A stretch of 63,515 nt of DNA, the filler included, from Lenisia limosa (lineage: Eukaryota; Protista; Breviatea), in assembly GCA_001655205.1 (NCBI GenBank). It is 13 parts of 13 records of this genome, joined end to end, with 100 filler letters (N's around TTAATTAATTAA, not from the genome) between each part and the next. Parts side by side here need not be neighbours in the genome. Positions count along the whole stretch, not along the records: positions 49,364 to 50,686 come from LPNZ01010693.1; positions 50,787 to 53,687 come from LPNZ01001717.1; positions 53,788 to 59,589 come from LPNZ01008200.1; positions 59,690 to 63,515 come from LPNZ01004708.1; 9 more parts are not named here. One strand, written 5' to 3'. The translations under genes and the position numbers were made by a program. Below are positions 49,497-60,439 of the stretch, piece after piece; position 1 is the first letter of the stretch, and each line of letters opens with the position of its first letter. The notes under the pieces were generated by a model. It was not told where the DNA came from. It saw nothing but the letters and a program-made list of their open reading frames with translations, and did not search any database.

Positions 49497-50630
49497 TTGC
49501 ACCGGAGCTAATGACCTCGGCTTTGATTGCTCATACGATCTTGTCAACCAGACTTGTGTTGACCGCATTGATTCTGCTGACGTGGCCAACTACCATTACC
49601 AGTGCAGAGATTGCCACGTATGTTGGGGACTTGTTTGATATTTAGCTATCTCTAGAAAGATCTTTCTTTTCCCCTCTTTTTATCTTTCACTGTTCTTAGT
49701 CGCACCAAACCTGCAGCGATTGTGTCAGCGATGCCACTCTGTCCTGTGTGTACCACCTCCAGGGCTTCAGCTGCATGTCTGTTGAAGATGCCGCGGCCGA
49801 GCTCATCAGCAACCCCGAGAACTTTGCCAATGCCACCTCCGGTACTTGCGGTGCTCCCAAGTGCGATATGTACCACGAGTGCACCACTTGCACGGTGAGC
49901 GTGAATGCCCACTCTTTCGAGAAGTAATTAATAGAGATCATGAAGCTCAATCCGTATCCAGTATCATCTCATCAACTCCTAGGCCAATGGTTGCTTCTTC
50001 GACAAGATGGAGCACAAGTGTAGCAACGTGACTCTTTCCGACAGCTATGCCACCAGCCGCTACGAGTGCAGCATCCAGCAGCCAGACCAGTGCTTCCGCA
50101 TGTACGGTGTCGACTGCTCCGCCTGTATCATGGACGTCGACGTGGGTTGGGGACAGGGAAGGCAGTTCTCTGAATACCAATGGCATTTCTCACCCGTTTT
50201 AGTGCGGAATGCTTGACGGATTCTGTGCCAACCTCACCACCGGAGCTATGCAGGAATGCCAAATGGGACAGACCCCAGGTGGGAATTATCGTGAATACGC
50301 TCAACAATATTTTAATTACACAGCGAGAATTATCATGAAATTTCTCCCATGATAGAGACAACTNNNNNNNNNNNNNNNNNNNNNNNNNNNNNNNNNNNNN
50401 NNNNNNNNNNNNNNNNNNNNNNNNNNNNNNNNNNNNNNNNNNNNNNNNNNNNNNNNNNNNATGCGCCCTCGGCAAGATCGTTAATGTTGAAGACCGCACG
50501 GAGCTTATCCAGTGCGCTTTTGATGACGTCAGCAAGCAGTGCTTCCCCCTGTACAGCTACGACATGGGCTCTCGCTCTTTGATCTACTCTGCCAGCGCTG
50601 AGATGTCTGACATGTGTCTCCAGGCTGAAG
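49497..50630 (+). CDS. Cys-rich tandem PSI-like repeat protein (fragment)
   Basis: Exons 49497-49617, 49700-49894, 49983-50141 (phase-0 junctions) and 50461-50630 after a gap: CTGANDLGFDCSYDLVNQTCVD...CRDCH|SHQTCSDCVSDATLSCVYHLQGFSC...KCDMYHECTTCT|ANGCFFDKMEHKC...DQCFRMYGVDCSACIMD. Strong preference for C-ending codons. Confidence 0.8.
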
Positions 50631-51039
50631 GTATTTTCTGGGATTGATCTTGTTTCAGGGCGCAGTTTTTTTTTTTTTTTTTTTTTNNNNNNNNNNNNNN
50701 NNNNNNNNNNNNNNNNNNNNNNNNNNNNNNTTAATTAATTAANNNNNNNNNNNNNNNNNNNNNNNNNNNNNNNNNNNNNNNNNNNNAAACAATTTCAGTT
50801 AAAAAATCGGGTAAAATCGGGTTTAGTGTCGGTAGCATATATATATATTTCACAATACACACCGCATGTTTGAACACTAGACAAAATCTCAAACACACAC
50901 ATTACAGTATATGATATGATCACTTCGGTTCGAAAAAAGATTGAAATTTTCAATAAATCTTCGAAAGCTATCGATATTTTACCAGTCTTTTTCGAACCGA
51001 AGTGAAGCCCTATATATCGCTTATATCGCCCATACCCAC

Positions 51040-53612
51040 CAGTTTGCCCCTGAACATCGAGCAGAATCGTCCCGGCTTCTGTGGTACCCGGTACCGCATT
51101 ATCATTGGAGGACAGTGTGTTTTCTGTCCATCTGTAAGCGTGAAAAATAGAACCCATTTGCTTCGGCTTGACGAGTGACTGTATTTGTCGATCAGTCCTC
51201 AAAATTTATCGATAATTCTCCATAGTAAAGTTAAATATACAGATTTGTAACTCACATGCTTTCCACGGACAATAAATGGCCAAATACAAAATATTGGTTT
51301 TTTTGGCAAGAGGAAGTGAATCTTAATATATATTATTGAACTGAATACCAACAATAAAAACAAAAACAGAAATAAAAAAGAACACAGCAAACCTCCCGAG
51401 ATAAGTGGGCTGTCCAATGGGAACTGAGCGAATCATTGCAACACCTGGGGTTACGGTGAAGGAGTGCGGTAAGAAAAAAAATTGTTTTTTATGAAACAAA
51501 ACAATCCCCAGAATTCATTAATAAAAACAATACTATTTGAAGGTCTTTTTCGACCTGAGGGAAGCCCTAGTATTAAGAGTGGTGGATGACATCGCAGCTG
51601 TAATAAACTATTTGAAAGAAAAGGGTTAACAGGGAGCCAGATGACACAATAAACAGCGGAGATGAGCCCAGTTGACATTAGGGCTTCACTTTGGTTCAAA
51701 ATAACTGAATTTCTCCATAAATCCCCGAAAACTATCGATATTTTACCGGTATTTTTCGAACCAAAGTGAAGCCCAATTCATAAGGTCCAAAATACTCAAT
51801 CACGAACCTTGTGTCATCCCAGAGGTAATGGGGTCGAAAATCTCGATCTGGAGTGTCAAAGAATAATAACCAAAGAGCAGTATTTTTTAATGAATCACGT
51901 TTAATGTCCAGGATAGATTTGCCCACTTTGACCCCCGAATCGAAGGTGTTGAAAAGCGTTCTCCCTGATGAGAGAGATGCCGACACAATGTTAAGGTAAA
52001 CGGACTCGGACGTTGGGGTGTATGAGCCATCAGAGCTGCTGGATTTATCGAAGAACTCCCCGTAGCTGAATACGGTCATAATATACTACAATAATTATAT
52101 GATATGTAGCTAGCTTTGTATACTAGCTAGTATATCATATACTTGATTAATTACATATTATTGGCGTTTTAGGTGAAATAATTATGTGAATTTTTACCCA
52201 AGATGATACCTAGAAGAATTGCCATTTAAAGGGTCCTGATCCTCATACAGAGTGGGTAAGCTTGGGATCATGTACTTGTACGCTGTCATGATGATATTAC
52301 TCCCATCAACAGGCTTGCCAAAGGATGCATGGTCTACAGCAGGGTTAGATAAACATCATACCATATGCAGGTACATATATGAGGATTGTATACAATGCTC
52401 ATTGTGGTATAATATATTATATAAATTAATGATACAACAGTAACATCAGGATTATCAATAATGCAAGACTTTCAAAAAAAATCTTTAATGAAAGCCAGCC
52501 TACCGGATGGAAAAGCACCCGGGGTGTCTCGCAACCTGATGATCCCGATGGAGACCTGGGGTTGTAATTATACAACTCAAAGTAGTATAGGAACCAGGGT
52601 TGCGCAAAGTAGATAGCGCAAAGTGGAATAGAAACCAGGGTTGGGTGAGGGGGGGAAGATACAGCACTAAAAAAAAGGAAGGCAATTTTATACTACAAAC
52701 TACTACATCATTCCAGCATCCTCTTCTTCACTATTCGAAGCCCTAACTCCTTCGCTCAAAAATTAAGCCCTCAATGAACCCTCCAGAAGTCTGTTAGACG
52801 AATACAATAACACCAACAAACCACCCTCACCTCCGCAATAGTGCTGCTATCAGGGACGTCGAACCTGAAGAGTCAAGAATGGGGGAAGTATAGGGTAATT
52901 TTCGAAAAATTTTGAAAAACAAAAACTCATAATCACCTCTTTGGCTAATATTCTTACACAATATGACTTACTTTGCATCACTATAGAAATGGATACCTCT
53001 TCCAACCTAAGAGTTCTTTGCCCCTCAGTTGTCGTCGACAGAATTTGGACAACCTAAATCGATAAGCCGGTCCAAAACAAAACAGCTTTTCAACCAACAT
53101 TTGTATTATTTCTAATATTTAAAAACATTGGTGGTTGTACGGGAGGAGGGATAAATCCTCGAAAAATACCACTATTTTACAAAACAAAAACAATTCCTCA
53201 CCGAAGGTCTTGACCCCGTGGTCCTTCTGCCAGCCACTGCTGACGAGGTCATAAGGAACGGCTCTGAAATCCGGGAGTTATCGCGGGTTAGGAACACGGA
53301 TGCATCCGTTCTGGAGTGTTAACGTCTTGTATCCAGTTAGATTTCACACAAACACCGGGATAAGTCTTGATCGATTTTCCTTGGGAATTCATATCAAATC
53401 GGTCAAGACTTACCCGGTCACGGTAGATTTGGTACCGAACAAATAAAGCTTCTTTATTTTGAAAATAGGTACTATTTATTACACAATGTATTTCCCCTCC
53501 CAACGTGAGAGAAGTGTTTGTGTTGGCGTAAATCATGTAGATGCCCCTAGCGTTTATGGTAATTGAACCGTCAGCTGCGACGACCACCCCGCTTTCAACG
53601 TACGTTCCTAGT
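51040..53612 (-). CDS. Multi-exon protein with a TNF/C1q-like beta-rich segment (fragment)
   Basis: Exons 53612-53505, 53263-~53215, 53053-53007, 52864-52831, 52555-52504, 52333-52210, 52065-~51800 and probably 51178-51040. Junctions are phase-compatible if the weak donor at 53214 is used; the stronger donor at 53201 would need another small exon. Family assignment is by eye only. Confidence 0.6.
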
Positions 53613-53890
53613 CTGCAGGGGAGGATAGTAAGAGGGAAAATTTATGAAGCAAAAAAGAAAACCCAGAATTTACTCCCACACCTCGAGNNNNNNNNNNNNN
53701 NNNNNNNNNNNNNNNNNNNNNNNNNNNNNNNTTAATTAATTAANNNNNNNNNNNNNNNNNNNNNNNNNNNNNNNNNNNNNNNNNNNNCAACAAAACCCAA
53801 TTTAATCATCTTTTTGAGACTATCCACACGTGTAAAAAACAAATATATTACGATACACTAAATACATCATCTATGATATAGCTTGCTTAC

Positions 53891-56800
53891 ATCGCGCGGG
53901 TTTCTCCTCTGATGGGGGTACGACCTAACAGAATCTGGGGTCAGAGCCGCCGCACCCATATCTCGGATCATGGTAGACAGACCAGCCTCAGCCGATTGGC
54001 ACGCCAGATCCACTACCGACTCGCCCTATATGGTAAGTATGTTGACAGGACTTTCCTTATATGGTATTATGTTGGTAGAATTTTTATATTCTCGATAAAT
54101 CCTCAATTAACAGCCATATTTTGCACGATTTTTGAACCGAAAGAAGCTGTGTATTTTTCTCACCGAGACCCGCCAATTTTGATATTTAAATCAACTTTTT
54201 TTCGTTTGAGTGAAAGATCGCTGGAATTCCACTGATATTAGGAAAAAGTTCGAGTAGATGAGTTCAATTGGCTCACCGTTAGGTTATGTGATCAACATCC
54301 AATAATTTCGGTTCCATATTATATTGGAGGATGCAAACCCCACGAATTTGACAATATTGTCCATCTCATCTGATTCCGATCTGCATAATCTCTCGGTCTG
54401 AGAAGTGGAGCTTAGGTTTTTTGACCGGCATCACAAGTTTTTTTTTTGTTTTTTTTGCGGGGGGGGGGGGGNNNNNNNNNNNNNNNNNNNNNNNNNNNNN
54501 NNNNNNNNNNNNNNNNNNNCATTGATATGTATTTGTTGTTAATTTGTTGTGGTATTTGTAACTCTGAGTAATCCTTATTGAAGTTTTTTGACCAGAATTT
54601 TCTCGATAAATAGCCATATTTTGCACGTTTTTTGAACCGAAAGAAGCTGTATATTCTTCCCACTTTGGTTACAAGAAAGAATTCTCAAAAAAGTCTCGAA
54701 ATATATTGATATGTTTTGGTCTTTTTCGAACCGGAGTGAAACCCTGACCTTGACCCACTGCTAGAACATACTTCGGTTCAAAAATAGACTGAATTTCTCG
54801 ACAAATCCTCAAAAATAGTCGATTTTTTCCCGAATCTAAGTGAAGCCCTACCCACCGCATAGTTTGTGGCGTCCAACGGAGCTCCGGCACGGATTAGAAT
54901 TTTGCAGCACTCCACGTGTCCTTTGTGGGCGGCCACGTGCAGGGGGTGGTTTCCCTGGAAGGTGACAAATATGGGGTGAGTGATATGACGGGGGGACAGC
55001 ATCACTATATTTTTTGCTGACAGAATAACCAAATCGAAATAACAGAAGATCATGGAGAGCCTCCCCAACATCCTGAAGGGAAATCTAGTTTGTTCGATCA
55101 TAATATGACTCGACATAAAGAGAATAACACCACTCATGTTTATGTATAATTATGTGCGAAAAAGAACGGTAAAATTTCCATATTTATCGAGGATTTACCG
55201 ATAAATTCAGACTTATTTGGGACCGTAAGCCATACCAACAATAATACACATCGGTATTATTCACAAAAGATTCAAGAACTTATCATGAATATTGGAATTA
55301 TTAAATAGTATATTACTGCAACCAAACAAGGCAGCCCCTTACATTTTCCGTATGTTCTGACTTGTTTACCCCATTGGTTAACCATTCTTATTGATATGAT
55401 GAAATATTATTCACAACAGCCTCAATAAGTTATCGTGACTTTTAGCTTTGTAAAACGGTTTACTTCAGCCAAAAAAAGACTTCATATGTGCCTATTATAA
55501 TATCTATGAGATACAATATAGTACATTGAACAATGACGATTGCCTTAATACAATCGTATCCCCCAATTCACCATTTACCGTATGTGTACACAGCTTTCTG
55601 CGTGCCTCTCCAGGTAATCCTCACTTACATCTGCATTTCGTTCTGACTTGTTTGCGCCGGCATCAACCAGGAGCTGGATGACCCTTGAATTGCCCTTAAT
55701 AGCCGCGGTGTGGAGGGCTGTTTCTTCCTGGTGGGGATGTGAATCGTAAAAAGTAATAAATAGAAAACAATCAAAAATTATTGTTTTAGAACCAGAGAAA
55801 TAATATATTACATTAAAAATCTAGGGAAACAGATTGATACATATACCATTAACAAATTACCACATTTTTTAATTACTGGAGTGAAAATGAGGGTTGAAAT
55901 AAAACAAAAAACAAACCAAACACATGTCAGTCGCTACTGCTCCAGTGGTAAGGGAGGGGGGGGGCGGGNNNNNNNNNNNNNNNNNNNNNNNNNNNNNNNN
56001 NNNNNNNNNNNNNNNNNNNNNNNNNNNNNNNNNNNNNNNNNNNNNATTGGGAAACAAACAAAGAGAATCCCATCCCATTAAAATTAACAGGTTACTTCAT
56101 ACTCACTCCCACTTTCAACTTATGATATTTTCATGTACACATACGGATAAAAACCTGTGTTATATTACTCCATGTTCACGGTGCTAACATCATATATGTT
56201 GACCCCCCCCCCCATNNNNNNNNNNNNNNNNNNNNNNNNNNNNNNNNNNNNNNNNNNNNNNNNNNNNNNNNNNNNNNNCCCATTATCCGCTGATTGCCAG
56301 TGAAAGCAGCCACATGAACTGCGGTATTGCCCTAATTAATGAGCATGATGGGGAGGTGTGCGCACAGAGTTGTAAGGAAAATGTGGGTGAAATAATATTA
56401 TATACTGTCATTATTTAAATATCTTTTAAAGCGTGATGGTATTGACAGTTAGCTTGTTTATATTTCTTACTTATACGTACGCAGATATCATAATGAGTGT
56501 GGCTGACGACTTATAACGATTTATCAGACCAAAGCCAGCTTTTATAATGTCAAGAGAAACAGCTTAACTAACAGACGATAATTGTACCATATGCATATCA
56601 TACGATATGATGTCTCTACGTAAAACTCCATCAGATACAAAACATACTATTTTACAATCTGATTCTATTCAACATATAACTTGCCAAGAAGGAAGCTTCG
56701 ACTAATTAGGCTTGATATTCAACCCTCCACCCACCAGTAAGCCTTTGACATTCAATTGTGGCTGCGACGACCCCAGTAACCTCCGAACTTCTGCTGCCCT

Positions 56801-57259
56801 CCCACTTCGGACCTGACAAATGAAAACTATCAAAGACCACTTCGGACCTAATGATAACAATTATAGATATTTTTGGTGGTTTACTTGTAAATGAAAACAA
56901 CTATTATTGATATTCATTTATCATCTCTATTAATTGACCTTTATGTTATTTTTTAGAAAATGAAACTGACCGTGATAAGTCCTAACACGATTAACTAAAA
57001 AGATAAAGTTGGAACACAAAATCACAAAACCGCACACGTAATAAACTAGATGTTTTGCTGTATCCCCCCAAAAGAATGGCTGTATCTCTCAAAATAAAGG
57101 GCTGAATCCCTCAAAAAAAGGGGTGGATCCCTTTTTTATTAGCTACTTTGAAATTCCACTTACCAATTATTGTTTTAATAACAGATGGCAACCCACATCT
57201 TGTTCTAAAAATAATTACATCCCTCCTCTTACCGCATTAATCAGAGGCGTGTCAGGCAT
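53891..57259 (-). CDS. Ankyrin-repeat protein (3' end truncated by piece end)
   Basis: Exons 57259-57233 (MPDTPLINA), 56812-56735 (VRSGRAAEVRRLL...NVKGLL), 56331-gap (GNTAVHVAAFTGN), 55727-55629 (EETALHTAAIKGNSRVIQLLVDAGAN), 54954-54856 (GNHPLHVAAHKGHVECCKILIRAGA), 54025-53891 (GESVVDLA...); all visible junctions are phase 0. Confidence 0.93.
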
Positions 57260-59497
57260 TGCTAAGCTGGAACAATCGAACACAAAGTTCTATCTAAAGA
57301 TATGAAGACCCACTTTTTGAAAGGGGTATAACGATCGTCAATAAAAACAGCACATTAAAGAGAAATAACAGGAACAAAGTATACATATCAGTACTGCACA
57401 ACACTAATTTTCCTTCACTGCGGATCAAAAAGACCGAAATAATATAGTATATAATATTTCTTTTGCAGTAAAGTCTCTATTGAAACTAGGATATCAAGGC
57501 TTTGAGAGAGTTAATGTTAAAAGAATATTCGTATAACCAGCCGCTTAAATTTTCACTTTAAATATTTCAAAAAACACATTATTAAAGCGGGAGTCCAATC
57601 AAAATTTTGTAACCTAGTTTATACGATTTGGGGCCTGGGGTGGACAAATGATTCAATAGTTTCTGTGAGATTATTAGCTGAATTCCTTTATAGGGCACAG
57701 TAATGTCTCTGTTTTACACCACTTTCTGAAATAATCATCTAAATTAATGGAATTTGGCACTTTCTATATGTGACTTTAGACTTAAAAACTTACAATTTGA
57801 CCAATATTTCAAGAAAACGACAAAATATTAATGTTTTTCAATTCTCTTGGAGTTGACTCAGAAGTGCATATTTAAAAGCGGGCGAAATTCCAAAAAAAAA
57901 CAGTGTTTTCACAATTTAATTGGACTCCCGCTTTAATATCGTATAGCCAGCCGCTTAAATATTCATGTTTAACAAAACACTCCCCCAAAATTGTACATTT
58001 AAGTCGGTTTGAGAGGTACAAACGTGAGTAGAAACGTAACTCCAAAAATTGAACGTGATTACATACCATGTACAACATCACGTTAATCAAAGATATTGAT
58101 ATTGATTACATAATTGTTACTTGCCTTTATAAACAATTGGTGTTTGTATCATATTGTATATAATATGAAAAAAAATAAAAAAGGTTTTATTTGGCCGAAG
58201 CCGTCTCCACAATCTTATAAGAGATGTTGAATTATTTCAATGCACCCAATCATTTGCCTTACAACTATGTGCACACTTGCTTCTGCGTGCTTCCCCGGCA
58301 TACCTACAAAGTTAGATTCGTGAATAAGGACAGATACAATTGATATTAATGAAGCTATTTGGTTGATTTGAATAAGATAAATAAAAACAAAGATCACCAG
58401 CTCACCTTTTGAAAGCGGCGGTTTCAATTGCGAGATAGATCAACATGAATTATATCAGAGCTATCTCGGAGAATCTGAAGGATCTTCTTGGGGGAAAGCC
58501 TCCGATGTAATAAACAACAACAACCTGCAACAACAACGTAATTATATCTCAATATACAGCCGCAGAAGAAAGAGGCAAGAAAAGGCAAGAAAAATATATT
58601 TCAGCAAAACATAGGGGTACGACCAGTCTCAACTGGAACTATAAAACCCCTTTATCCACTTTATCGCTTTTTCTTGCCCTCTATTGTTGATTTGTTGTTT
58701 TTTTTTTGATATATATTCCCAAAAAGAAGGGATAAAGTAAAACTCCCTTTAATAAGCTTCTTCCCGTCATCCCCTTGATCGATCATCATCCATCCCTTCT
58801 CAACATTGTCTTACATGACCAGATGAGCAATTAAATGAATAATGAAGAGTAGTGGTGACATGGTCCCCTTCACTACGGCCTTTGCTTTTCAAGGAGGAAG
58901 CTAGATCAAGGTCTGTTGAGGGTTTCATTTTGTGACGTATCATATGCATTTGTAGGAAAATCTAAAAAATAAACTGTGATAGTTCTCACTCAAAATACTA
59001 ATAATTTTTTTAATTATTTATTTATGAGCTAAAGTGTTTTATTTTCTACAACAGTCTGGTTTACATCAATCGCACCCTCAAGGCACGATTTATTTTTGTT
59101 TTTTAGGAGGCAGATAAGAAAATTTTAAAATTTTAAAATTATTTTTTTCAAATAACACTTTGACTTATTTAAAGAGCCAAAATGGGTTGTATTTGGCCGA
59201 AGTCGTCAAACGTCACAGTTAAAAGAGACGCTGGTCTTTTTACCCAATATTTCACCTCCGTGTAAACAGTTTTCTGCGTTGTAACTGATTTTCCTAAATC
59301 ACCCCGGGTTTACAGAGAAATTCATCTTTTTTTTGGGGAAGTTTTAATGACCTGAGGTTAAAAAGCGTTTTCTTTTTTTCATTTGTCAATATCCCTAGGG
59401 TTCGAATATGGATAGTTTTTGGGGATTGTTTGAGAAACTTTTTTTTGGACCCACCATAGAGTCAACCATTCTTTTGAGCACTAATCGAGAGCAGACA

Positions 59498-59589
59498 ATG
59501 GATTTGGTACCATTCTCCACCGCGTCAACGCTCACCACGGACTCCGACTTATCCTACGGACTGACCTCCACTGAAGACATTATCGTTCC
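59498..59589 (+). CDS. Possible first coding exon of an unidentified gene, cut by the piece end
   Basis: ATG-initiated GC-richer stretch MDLVPFSTASTLTTDSDLSYGLTSTEDIIV in AT-rich surroundings, divergent from the ankyrin gene; no family motif. Confidence 0.3.
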
Positions 59590-60439
59590 NNNNNNNNNNN
59601 NNNNNNNNNNNNNNNNNNNNNNNNNNNNNNNNNTTAATTAATTAANNNNNNNNNNNNNNNNNNNNNNNNNNNNNNNNNNNNNNNNNNNNCCCCCCCCCCC
59701 CACCAGAATTTCGTTGTTGTTCGAAGAGGCAAAAGTAGACCCGTTGATGAGCTGAAGAGTTAGTGCTATTATTATTGTCTTTGTTATTATAATAATATTA
59801 ATAGTAGAATAATTTGTCAATAGAGAATAGAATAACAACAAAAAATAATCTAATAAATGATGTATCTAATCATTTGCCTTACAACTCTGTGCACACAGCT
59901 TTCTGCGTGCCTTAATTATGTAGTATATACTTTAATAATACACAATATAGAATGATGTATTACGAACATGTGAGTATCATATTATAGACATGTAATTATA
60001 CCCCCCCCCCCCGNNNNNNNNNNNNNNNNNNNNNNNNNNNNNNNNNNNNNNNNNNNNNNNNNNNNNNNNNNNNNNNNNNNNNNNNNNNNNNNNNNNNNNN
60101 NNNGGGCATCCTTCAGGGTCATACTGGACCTGGGGAGTAAAACTGGAAAAATTTTGAAACAAACAAAAAAGCACAACTCTGTTGGCTGACAAAACACGAG
60201 GGGATAGCATCTAAAACAGGCCAGTTGCTTCTGCAGCACCGCATCCCATCACTTCAGCGTACATTTATATGATATTAGTAAGGCTTCATTTCGGTTCAAA
60301 AAAATACCGAATTTCTCGATAAATCCTCGAAAACAATCGATATTTTCCAGAGTGTTTTGAAACCGAAGTGAAGCCCAAAGTATAAGTCAACCTGAGAAGT
60401 CACCCTTTCATATCAGAACGAGATTATCTGGTTCGTGAT

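Noticed and set aside
37646-50686. Functional linkage between the DIRS remnant, foldback cluster and neighbouring genes
   Set aside because: Neighbouring genes lie on other pieces separated by artificial spacers; no real synteny.
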